A stretch of DNA of 64,000 nt from an uncultured virus (IMG/VR IMGVR_UViG_3300009428_000005). Lineage: Duplodnaviria; Heunggongvirae; Uroviricota; Caudoviricetes. Below the pieces are notes generated by a model. It searched no databases, was not told the DNA's origin, and saw nothing but the letters and a program-made list of their open reading frames with translations. The position numbers were made by a program, and so were the translations under genes. Below, one piece after another: positions 1 through 7,444 of this stretch (its first letter is position 1; every line of letters begins with the position of its first letter). The DNA lies in IMG/VR virus record IMGVR_UViG_3300009428_000005, one strand, 5' to 3'.

Positions 1-316
1 CGCGCGTATTGTCCGAACTACCCACCTAAAATAGAGGACCAATAAAGGACATAATCTACCATGGTCATGCTGAAGCATCACCTAACGGGTACTATCGTAC
101 CCTGTGTCTGAGAGTATAGATGACTTAGGCTAGTACTTGATATTAAACTAAATAGAACCTTCATAAGACATTGTAAGAGGTAGGGAGAACCTACTGCTAT
201 AGGGGTAGTATGGGTAGCATCTTACCAAGTCTATTAATAATACTAGAAGTATATTTAAAATATAGGAGAGAAAAGGCTATCCCTTGCCTGGTAAAACCAT
301 ATATAAACATATATAA

Positions 317-735
317 TCTAAAGACAACTAAAGATGATCTAAAGATCTAAAGAGAATGTAGGTAGAATAAGGATGGACTAATGTATAGAATAAAGTAAGA
401 AGGCGTATGGAAAGTAATAGAAGAAGTACAGGGGCATGTGTGTCGATGGTCGATCCATCCTATAGATTATAAAAATAAACAGCCTAATGCCTTGTCTATA
501 TGCTAAATTCTTCCATAGGCTATCTAAAGATTCATCTAAAGAAATCTAAAGATTGGGTAGGTTATATGCATATTAAATCGTATATTAAGGTATAAAGAGG
601 TATGGTAGAGAAGAAGATGATACAGATAGATAAAGAACTAGCCCTAAAGGTGAAGGGTATGTATCCAGACCTCTCATGGAATGCCATTGTAAGTAAACTA
701 GTATCTAAAGAGCTATCTAAAGATTCATCTAAAGA
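317..735. repeat. Three clusters of (T)CTAAAGA direct repeats, 10 copies
   Basis: Copies start at 317, 327 (ACTAAAGA), 338, 346; 523, 535, 545; 704, 716, 728. The 24-mer GCTATCTAAAGATTCATCTAAAGA is identical at 519-542 and 712-735. Confidence 0.9.
558..588 (+). promoter_or_regulatory. Early/host-sigma-type promoter (variant -33 box)
   Basis: TAG-N20-TATATTAA, preceded by TCG like the other copies; lies just upstream of ORF 602. Confidence 0.5.
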
Positions 736-838
736 CTCTGGTAGTACATACGCTACAGTAGATGATATAAAGGTACTGAAGGATAAGTTCTCTATGGTTA
801 TTACTCAATTGATCAAAGTAAATAAACTTAAACAATAG
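602..838 (+). CDS. Small protein, possible ribbon-helix-helix DNA-binding protein
   Basis: N-terminal pattern KMIQIDKELALKVK...DLSWNAIVSKLV resembles an RHH strand-helix-helix; promoter-like motif upstream. Confidence 0.5.
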   Translation: MVEKKMIQIDKELALKVKGMYPDLSWNAIVSKLVSKELSKDSSKDSGSTYATVDDIKVLKDKFSMVITQLIKVNKLKQ

Positions 839-869
839 TTGGTACCCTGCTATATTATTCGTATCTTTA
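839..869 (+). promoter_or_regulatory. Early/host-sigma-type promoter
   Basis: TTG(839-841)-N20-TATCTTTA(862-869); resembles the Bacteroidota -33 TTG / -7 TAnnTTTG consensus. Confidence 0.7.
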
Positions 870-893
870 TTATATATAAAGAGATAAAGCATT

Positions 894-1079
894 ATGGTTA
901 AAAGACTAAAGGAATGTATTGTGGGTGAGAGAGTCTTAGTAGACTGCTCAATGGTACAAGGATACAAAGGAGTGAATGAGGTGTTGGTACGTTCGATGGA
1001 TGCTGGAGAGATAGTAGTAGAGACATCTGATGGATCAAGAGTAGGCATGGATGGTTATGAGAAGGTCCAAACTCTCTAA
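894..1079 (+). CDS. Hypothetical protein, 61 aa
   Basis: ATG ORF directly after a promoter motif. Confidence 0.6.
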   Translation: MVKRLKECIVGERVLVDCSMVQGYKGVNEVLVRSMDAGEIVVETSDGSRVGMDGYEKVQTL

Positions 1080-1235
1080 ATCCTACCGCCCAATACGGTC
1101 AACCTGTGGTCATGGTGATCTAACGGTGATATAACACTGACGGTATAGTTCCCTAAGAGGTAGGTAGCCTGCGAGGCTGCGCCATACTAGGTCGTATATT
1201 TCTGATGATTTTTCGGTGTATAGGGTAATATATAT

Positions 1236-1451
1236 TTATATATTGCTAGATATCTCTTTAATGAGCCTGTCTATGTTCCTATTATATCTTGCATCTTCTA
1301 AAGCTCTATTCGAATCAAAGCTATTAGTTTTAAGATAAGGGTAGAAATGCTTAGTTTCCCAATGCAGTCTATATTCATACCCGCTTGGAAACTCTTCATA
1401 GCATTGAGAGCATCTAATTAAGTTTCTAATCTTCTTTATAGAATACTTCAA
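1236..1451 (-). CDS. C2H2 zinc-finger-like protein (start uncertain)
   Basis: CSQC-YEE-F-PSGYE-Y-RL-H-WETK-H matches classical C2H2 spacing. Confidence 0.6.
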   Translation of the reverse strand: MKYSIKKIRNLIRCSQCYEEFPSGYEYRLHWETKHFYPYLKTNSFDSNRALEDARYNRNIDRLIKEISSNI

Positions 1452-1512
1452 ATAACCCTATTATAAGCATTGCTATCATCAGAAGTCCTACTGCATAATC
1501 GTTCATCATCAT
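1426..1512 (-). CDS. Putative 28-aa membrane peptide
   Basis: Hand-translated MMMNDYAVGLLMIAMLIIGLFEVFYKED; ATGA overlap with the upstream ORF. Confidence 0.45.
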   Translation of the reverse strand: MMMNDYAVGLLMIAMLIIGLFEVFYKED

Positions 1513-1613
1513 TCTTTAACTTTATTACATCCGCCACATATTGTCCTATAAGCGGCATTTAAAGCTCCACATTCACAATTCCATGAATCGTCTACCAAAT
1601 TAAATTCTGCCAT
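1509..1613 (-). CDS. 34-aa zinc-ribbon peptide (RanBP2-like spacing)
   Basis: Hand-translated MAEFNLVDDSWNCECGALNAAYRTICGGCNKVKE, containing W-x-C-x-C-x3-N-x6-C-x2-C. Confidence 0.55.
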   Translation of the reverse strand: MAEFNLVDDSWNCECGALNAAYRTICGGCNKVKE

Positions 1614-1619
1614 AGTGCT

Positions 1620-1775
1620 TCAGTCTTTATAGGCTCTAAAAGTACAAGCATTACGTCCATTGATAAGAGGCATGCCATGTAAATCGTATGTTATAGAATT
1701 AACCTTTACCTTCTTATTCTTAAACCTACCTGTAAGTATATAGTCACCTGTCTTTATTCCTTGTAGCTTTATCAT
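1620..1775 (-). CDS. Hypothetical protein, 51 aa
   Basis: Hand-translated MIKLQGIKTGDYILTGRFKNKKVKVNSITYDLHGMPLINGRNACTFRAYKD; tightly packed in the leftward operon. Confidence 0.6.
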   Translation of the reverse strand: MIKLQGIKTGDYILTGRFKNKKVKVNSITYDLHGMPLINGRNACTFRAYKD

Positions 1776-1798
1776 TACTGAGTATTCTTTGATTCAAT

Positions 1799-1960
1799 TT
1801 AACTCTTCCATTGCATTAAAATATTGATAGAAATTAAAACATTGGTTACCACGGCTTGAATAATTAAAAGAGTTCTAATAAACGCGACCCTATCCGCTTC
1901 ATTTGTCTTTCCTTGCTTCTCACCTAATGCTTTAGCCCATAATCTCCATACCACTCTCAT
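1799..1960 (-). CDS. Small membrane protein, 53 aa
   Basis: Hand-translated MRVVWRLWAKALGEKQGKTNEADRVAFIRTLLIIQAVVTNVLISINILMQWKS; first gene after the leftward promoter; hydrophobic C-terminus. Confidence 0.65.
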   Translation of the reverse strand: MRVVWRLWAKALGEKQGKTNEADRVAFIRTLLIIQAVVTNVLISINILMQWKS

Positions 1961-1982
1961 TCTCTAACTTTACTACCTATTA

Positions 1983-2013
1983 TTAATATATGAACTTTTT
2001 GGTGGGTTTCCAA
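1983..2013 (-). promoter_or_regulatory. Leftward early/host-sigma-type promoter
   Basis: Minus strand reads TAGTTG-N20-TATATTAA. Confidence 0.7.
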
Positions 2014-2101
2014 CTAATAACAGAGAAATTTTTTGGCAAATTTTCCCCTATATACCCCTTTTTATATATACCTCAGTACTCCCATATGTGGATCCAGTAG
2101 C

Positions 2102-2245
2102 TTATGACTCAGTAGTATCTCTATTAGTAGCCTTCTTTTCTTTTTTGCCATCTAACATAGACATACTTGAATTGTTGCCATACTTAGATACTACTACCTC
2201 GAGGACTATAGCTAATATTATAACACATATTAAAAACGCTATCAT
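2102..2245 (-). CDS. Small membrane-anchored protein, 47 aa
   Basis: Hand-translated MIAFLICVIILAIVLEVVVSKYGNNSSMSMLDGKKEKKATNRDTTES; A-rich initiation region. Confidence 0.55.
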   Translation of the reverse strand: MIAFLICVIILAIVLEVVVSKYGNNSSMSMLDGKKEKKATNRDTTES

Positions 2246-2262
2246 ATCTTGTTTATTTAGTT

Positions 2263-2403
2263 ATGTAGGCAAGGAGGAAGGACTATAAAATTGCGGTGCA
2301 ACTCGTGCGCGTCTCGCGACGGCTTCGCCGTCTTGTTTATTTACCTATAGCCCTCACACCTCCACCAGCGAAGCGATCCTTTAACGGTTCCTGCTCTTCA
2401 CAT
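2263..2403 (-). ncRNA. Candidate structured RNA (sRNA or 5' leader), family unknown
   Basis: GC-rich island with nested complementary arms whose G-U pairs work only on the minus strand; promoter at the matching distance upstream. Confidence 0.6.
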
Positions 2404-2407
2404 ATAT

Positions 2408-2438
2408 ACAATATAAGAATATCATATCAGGATTCCAA
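2408..2438 (-). promoter_or_regulatory. Leftward early/host-sigma-type promoter
   Basis: Minus strand reads AGTTG-N20-TATATTGT; predicts a start site near 2403. Confidence 0.65.
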
Positions 2439-2475
2439 CTTGATTGGTAATTAACTTATCACTATATTTATCTAT

Positions 2476-2919
2476 ATGAAGCAGATTCAGAAAGATAATC
2501 TTTTCGCTATGTTTGAAGTAAGCGATGAAGAGGTGTACAAGGAGCATGGAGTAACGGGAGTTCTTAAAAATCCATATGTTCTAATGGGGATGGTAATTCG
2601 TGGTTTAGAGAATTACTATTTAATGGATGCACTATACTCTAAGAAATACCCAGAAGAGTATAAGAGACATACAAAGATGGTTAGGTATAAGTATTTTACT
2701 AACCTTATGGGTTATCTAGAGAGAATAGATTGGGAGGATATTAATGAGGCGTATAAGATATCAGATTCATTTGATTTTGCAAGTACTAATGAGGCTTTAG
2801 ATTTACTTAAAGATTATTTTGAGGGAATTGAATACTATGAAAAATGTAGTACCATTAAAAAAAGTCAAGATATACTCTATGAGGGTGCACTCAAGAATTT
2901 TGAGGTACCTAAAGTTTAA
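2476..2919 (+). CDS. Hypothetical protein with C-terminal UVR-like motif
   Basis: 147 aa; ends with YFEGIEYYEKCSTIK, resembling the UvrB/C coiled-coil motif. Confidence 0.6.
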   Translation: MKQIQKDNLFAMFEVSDEEVYKEHGVTGVLKNPYVLMGMVIRGLENYYLMDALYSKKYPEEYKRHTKMVRYKYFTNLMGYLERIDWEDINEAYKISDSFDFASTNEALDLLKDYFEGIEYYEKCSTIKKSQDILYEGALKNFEVPKV

Positions 2920-2936
2920 AAGAACCTGTTATTTAG

Positions 2937-2967
2937 TTGGCTACCCGAGTTATTATTCGTATATTTA
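2937..2967 (+). promoter_or_regulatory. Early/host-sigma-type promoter
   Basis: TAGTTG-N20-TATATTTA. Confidence 0.75.
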
Positions 2968-2992
2968 AGTATATATAAAAACAATAAAGGTT

Positions 2993-3433
2993 ATGGGAAT
3001 GATTCAAGAGTTAAAAGAGGAGATTGCAGAGATGCAGAATAGAAAAACTAGTTACCTAGCTATGGGTAATATTGGTTTATCAGAAGATTGTCAGTGGAGA
3101 TTAGATGGAATGAAAGAACGTTTAGAGGAGTATAGTTCTAAGTGGGGAGAGTATGTATATGTACTTTCTAATAAATCTATGCCTGGAATAGTAAAGGTTG
3201 GATTTACGACTACATCTCCTGAGCAGAGATTAAAGGAGATTAACTCAGCAACTGGTGTTATTGAAGAGTGGGAGACTGATTGGTATTTAGAGTGTGCAGA
3301 AGCACATGATTTAGAGCAAAAAACCCATGAATACCTTAAAGATTTCAGAGTACGTAAGAATAGAGAGGGTTTTAATGTTTCTTCTACTCAAGCTATTGCA
3401 GCAGTACAGAAGATAAATGAAGAAAGGTATTAA
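2993..3433 (+). CDS. GIY-YIG superfamily protein (T5orf172-like domain)
   Basis: YVYVLSNKSMPGIVKVGFTT..PEQRLKEINSATGV...LEQKTH...REGF. Confidence 0.8.
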   Translation: MGMIQELKEEIAEMQNRKTSYLAMGNIGLSEDCQWRLDGMKERLEEYSSKWGEYVYVLSNKSMPGIVKVGFTTTSPEQRLKEINSATGVIEEWETDWYLECAEAHDLEQKTHEYLKDFRVRKNREGFNVSSTQAIAAVQKINEERY

Positions 3434-3438
3434 ATTAG

Positions 3439-3469
3439 TTGCGTAACAAAGATATAGTTCGTATATTAA
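3439..3469 (+). promoter_or_regulatory. Early/host-sigma-type promoter
   Basis: TAGTTG-N20-TATATTAA. Confidence 0.75.
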
Positions 3470-3494
3470 GGTATAATAAAAAAAAATAAAGGTT

Positions 3495-4004
3495 ATGAGG
3501 TTAATTTCACTATTTTTACTGGGTTATTTCTTAAGTTCTTGTGAAAAGGAAGATATTCTTCCAGACTTATGTATAGGAGGGGATTGTAGCGTTGCATTTA
3601 AGGTAAATGCTCCACAAGATGCGAATGGTTACTACCATTTAAAGTTAAACTACGATGGGCAGTATGATCCTAGGTTTAGTATTGAGGTAATTGCTTCTAA
3701 AACAGATGAATTCTACCATTATAACAGTAAATCAGTAGTAACAGCAGGATTTTCCGGAGATATTTTCGTACAGGTACCACTTCAAACCGGAGAGTTAACA
3801 GAATTTATACCGTTAGTACAGGAGACTCGCTTATACTTACGCGATCACGGTAAAATACCTAATAAGATGTATACTAAACGGATAATAGGCCCAGTTTTAG
3901 AGGGTTTAAAGGGAGATACTTTAAATGTTAGTGGATATATTAATTGGGATGGAGGTAATAATTGGAAAGAAGAGGAAGTTTTTCTAAAGTTTATTATAGA
4001 ATAG
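3495..4004 (+). CDS. Lipoprotein
   Basis: Signal peptide MRLISLFLLGYFLSS-C (lipobox LSSC) followed by EKED. Confidence 0.75.
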   Translation: MRLISLFLLGYFLSSCEKEDILPDLCIGGDCSVAFKVNAPQDANGYYHLKLNYDGQYDPRFSIEVIASKTDEFYHYNSKSVVTAGFSGDIFVQVPLQTGELTEFIPLVQETRLYLRDHGKIPNKMYTKRIIGPVLEGLKGDTLNVSGYINWDGGNNWKEEEVFLKFIIE

Positions 4005-4035
4005 TTGCTATTCTGCCTTAGAAGTATTATCTTAA
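4005..4035 (+). promoter_or_regulatory. Early/host-sigma-type promoter
   Basis: TAGTTG-N20-TATCTTAA. Confidence 0.6.
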
Positions 4036-4150
4036 AAATATATTAATTAGTATATAAGATATAATAGTATAAATAGTAAACTTAATAAGTAATATAAATA
4101 TATAAATATATAAATATATATATAGTAATAATTAATCAAATAAATAACAT
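4036..4150. repeat. Extremely AT-rich tract with three tandem TATAAATA (4093-4116)
   Basis: Direct reading. Confidence 0.8.
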
Positions 4151-4885
4151 ATGTCTATAACAGCAGAAAAAATAGCCTCAAACTATGAAAAGCACTTAAA
4201 AATTGTAGAGACCTACATTACTAATCGTAAAGATCAAGTGCTAGCCTTACTTTCTTCGTTAGAAGATAATTATGTTATGGCTCCTGCTAGTGGAAAGACT
4301 TGGTATCATAATGCTTTTGCAGGAGGGTACGTAGATCATGTAAATAGAGTTGTAGAGTATGCGGTAAAGCAATCTAGACTCTATAAAGATATGGGAGGTA
4401 CTATAGATTATACAGAAGAAGAATTAGTATTCTCTGCTTTATTTCACGACCTAGGAAAAATAGGAGATGGAGTATCACCAAATTATATACCTCAGACTGA
4501 TAAATGGAGACAAGATAAACTCTCAGAGATGTATACTAATAATTCAGAATTGGATTTTATGCTAATCCCAGACCGCTCATTATATATTCTTCAAAACAAC
4601 GGAATTAAAGTAACACATAGGGAATTCCTAGCTATACGTTGCCATGATGGAGTTTTCGATAAAGCTAATGAAGCATATTTTTTTAGCCACCAGGAGGGTT
4701 CTAGACAGAAGACCTCTATTATATCAGTACTTCACTCAGCAGATTTCTTAGCTTCTAAAGTTGAATATGATATGTGGAAAAGAGATGGAGGTAGCTCTAA
4801 ACCTACTTCTAGGAAAGTTACTGCTTCAACTGGAAGACCAGTTAAAAGCTCAGAAGGATTATCTAACATATTAAAAAATATATAA
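4151..4885 (+). CDS. HD-domain phosphohydrolase (YhaM-like HD domain)
   Basis: APASG..YHNAFAGGYVDH, LFHDLGK, IRCHDG, LHSAD. Confidence 0.85.
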   Translation: MSITAEKIASNYEKHLKIVETYITNRKDQVLALLSSLEDNYVMAPASGKTWYHNAFAGGYVDHVNRVVEYAVKQSRLYKDMGGTIDYTEEELVFSALFHDLGKIGDGVSPNYIPQTDKWRQDKLSEMYTNNSELDFMLIPDRSLYILQNNGIKVTHREFLAIRCHDGVFDKANEAYFFSHQEGSRQKTSIISVLHSADFLASKVEYDMWKRDGGSSKPTSRKVTASTGRPVKSSEGLSNILKNI

Positions 4886-4886
4886 A

Positions 4887-5195
4887 ATGTTAACTTACCA
4901 AATAATAATTGCCATATTAGTTGCCGGCTTGATTTTTAGTTCTTATATTATTTATAACCTACTTAATGCAGTAGAAAAACATGAAGATATAATAGAAGAT
5001 CAAGTAAATTATTTACAGAATATATCTAATTCAATAACTCAAGGAAAACTACATCTTCAAAATCTCGATGAAAAGGGGGTATTTCAAAGCGACGATGAAG
5101 TAGGAACATTTTTCAAACAAATGCAAGCAGTACAAGAGGAATTGAATAGATACATGCTCCCAGAAAACTATGGCACGAAAGAAAGCGAAAGCTAA
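4887..5195 (+). CDS. Membrane-anchored hypothetical protein
   Basis: N-terminal hydrophobic helix followed by a coiled coil. Confidence 0.7.
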   Translation: MLTYQIIIAILVAGLIFSSYIIYNLLNAVEKHEDIIEDQVNYLQNISNSITQGKLHLQNLDEKGVFQSDDEVGTFFKQMQAVQEELNRYMLPENYGTKESES

Positions 5196-5871
5196 TTACT
5201 TTACTCAAGAAACAGAGTCCTACATAAAAGTATACAACAGATCATCAGATGTAGCTGAACGACAGAAGATCTTTACAGATCACATATACTTACCATTTTA
5301 CAAGCTTGCAGAGAACATTATACATACTTTTAAGTTCTACTATACGGATGTAAATAAAATTGAAGATCTCAAACACGAGATTGTTTCTGTTTTATTAGAA
5401 GAGAAGATTATGAAATTTGATCCCGATAATGGAGCAAAAGCATATTCGTATTTCGGAACAATAGTAAAAAGGTGGTTAATAAACTATAATAATAAGAACT
5501 ATAAAAAGCTAAAGCAGATTGGATCTTTTGATGAAATGTACGATTCATCTATTGAAGATAGAGGTATAGAGGAAGGTCATATTAATCTCTCTCAATTTAT
5601 AGACATGTGGGTTAAGGAAGTATATGAAGTACTTGACAATATGTTCGAAAAAGAATCAGATTTACAGATTGCTGATGCTGTTCTTACTCTATTTAAAACT
5701 CGTCAAGACTTAGATATTTTTAAAAAGAAAGCTCTTTACATCTATATAAGAGAGATGACTAACTGTGACACCCCCTACCTTACAAAGGTAATTAACGTGT
5801 TAAAAGAGGACTTTAAAAGGAAGTACCAAAAACTATACGACCAAGGATATCTTACAGATAAAACTTACTAG
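5170..5871 (+). CDS. Sigma-factor-like protein, probable late sigma (T4 gp55-like)
   Basis: Basic N-terminus with NYF, and region-2-like KFDPDNGAKAYSYFGTIVKRWL; lies just before the late structural operons. Confidence 0.65.
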   Translation: MARKKAKANYFTQETESYIKVYNRSSDVAERQKIFTDHIYLPFYKLAENIIHTFKFYYTDVNKIEDLKHEIVSVLLEEKIMKFDPDNGAKAYSYFGTIVKRWLINYNNKNYKKLKQIGSFDEMYDSSIEDRGIEEGHINLSQFIDMWVKEVYEVLDNMFEKESDLQIADAVLTLFKTRQDLDIFKKKALYIYIREMTNCDTPYLTKVINVLKEDFKRKYQKLYDQGYLTDKTY

Positions 5872-5895
5872 TCTATTTATTATAAATAAAACACC

Positions 5896-6273
5896 ATGAG
5901 TTTAGATAAAGAAATATTCAACGGCAAAACTCTTTCAGACCTATTCGGGGAGATACATGATAATTCTTCTACTACTAGGAACCAGGTAAAAAGTCTAATA
6001 AACGAATTAAAACCTCTTATAGAGAATATAGGGGATGCTACTTTAATTGTACCCATGATTAAAGAGTACATGGAAATTCAAGTAAAAAACGATGACGCTT
6101 TAATTAAACTGGCTACTATAGTACAGAGGATTGAAACAGCAAATGCAAATGGATCAGGAGATGAGATGTTTGACCTCTCAGAACTACAGGACTTATTAGA
6201 GGAGCAAGAAGCACTAGACAGTGAAACACAAGTAAAAATAGAAGAAAGTAAAGATGGCGAACAATCCGTATAG
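5896..6273 (+). CDS. Hypothetical helical protein
   Basis: 125 aa; TATTTATT late-promoter variant at 5874-5881. Confidence 0.7.
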   Translation: MSLDKEIFNGKTLSDLFGEIHDNSSTTRNQVKSLINELKPLIENIGDATLIVPMIKEYMEIQVKNDDALIKLATIVQRIETANANGSGDEMFDLSELQDLLEEQEALDSETQVKIEESKDGEQSV

Positions 6274-7444
6274 TCTAAATACCTTTTCAGGTGGAAGCCT
6301 TATGAGTAATGGTTCAACCGGCCAATCTTCATCCTCCGGCGGAATGTCCTTTGGGATAGTTTTAGATATACTGCTAAACGAAACCCATCCGGAATACGAA
6401 AACTATAATAAATCACAAGGTCTAAATGGGGTATTTTATACTCCTTATACAGACGGCGATGGTGATAATGAAACAGCTAACAGTTTTGCCTACTGCGATG
6501 CCTCTTTTCTTAAAAGGATACCAATACCTGGAGAGATAGTCGTAATAGAAAGACGCCCATCAGTATACACACTTACAAAAAATACCCCAAACGATAAGAC
6601 CAACATTAATAGATCCAAAGAAGGACTTTTAACATACTGGACAGGTATTGTTGCAGGCTGGAACCATCCTAATGCTAATGTAATGCCTAACGAAGACATT
6701 ACTGGATACATATACGGAGAGGACTTTGACCCAGAAAAAACAATAGCACCCCTTGGAGCTTTTCCCGGTGATACTATAATAGAGGGAAGGTTTGGGCAAT
6801 CTATTAGACTTAACGGAACTAAAGCAGAGTCTAATACAATTGTAGTAGAAGATAATAACGGTAAACCTACAATTCTAATAAGTAATGGACAGGCAGAGCC
6901 TGAAGACTCAATTAACCCGGTAAAAGAAGATATTAATAAAGATCCTTCTTCAATATACCTAACCTCGGACCATCAGGTAGAAATAGAACCTGCTAATGAT
7001 AAAAGAGAAGCATATATAGATCCTCCTATAACTCCTGAAGAATATAAAGGTTCGCAGGTTATAGTAAACGGAGGAAGATTATTTTTTAACGCTAAAGATG
7101 AAGGAGCGTTCATATCTGCTAAAGAAACTATCGGCCTAAATAGTAACATAGTAGCAGTAGACGGAGAACAATATGTAGCATTCGATGCTGATAAAATATA
7201 CTTAGGTGAAGCAGCTAAAAGGTTAGAAGACGAACCGGTACTACTAGGTAAGAGAACAGTAGACTTGTTAGAGGAAATAATAGATGAATTAGACGCTATA
7301 TATACTAATCTTGCTACTCTACCACCAGCTCCTCCAGCAGGAATTGCTAAACTAGTAGTATTAGGTAATATGCAAAAACCTTCAATACCCTTATTAAAGA
7401 ATAAACTTAGGAGAATAATGTCTGAAAAAGTATTTACAGAGTAA
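6254..7444 (+). CDS. Probable baseplate central spike/hub protein (gp5/VgrG-like)
   Basis: OB-fold-like N-terminus (RIPIPGEIV), GDTIIEGRFGQSIR, beta-rich C-terminus with IYLG...EPVLLG; upstream of gp25/gp6 homologues. Confidence 0.6.
   Translation: MANNPYSLNTFSGGSLMSNGSTGQSSSSGGMSFGIVLDILLNETHPEYENYNKSQGLNGVFYTPYTDGDGDNETANSFAYCDASFLKRIPIPGEIVVIERRPSVYTLTKNTPNDKTNINRSKEGLLTYWTGIVAGWNHPNANVMPNEDITGYIYGEDFDPEKTIAPLGAFPGDTIIEGRFGQSIRLNGTKAESNTIVVEDNNGKPTILISNGQAEPEDSINPVKEDINKDPSSIYLTSDHQVEIEPANDKREAYIDPPITPEEYKGSQVIVNGGRLFFNAKDEGAFISAKETIGLNSNIVAVDGEQYVAFDADKIYLGEAAKRLEDEPVLLGKRTVDLLEEIIDELDAIYTNLATLPPAPPAGIAKLVVLGNMQKPSIPLLKNKLRRIMSEKVFTE

Noticed and set aside
317..735. CRISPR or mini-CRISPR array
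   Set aside because: Repeats are 8 bp with 0-4 bp gaps and no spacer-sized unique segments. The 26146 nuclease lacks the Cas4 Cys cluster.
2088..2288. Plus-strand 66-aa ORF from the track
   Set aside because: GTG start, no promoter, and antisense to a better-supported minus-strand ORF (2245-2102).
2263..2403. tRNA, SRP RNA or a known self-cleaving ribozyme
   Set aside because: No cloverleaf or T-loop, no SRP domain IV motif and no hammerhead core found by eye. Kept as an unknown RNA. No tRNA was noticed elsewhere, but no scan was run.
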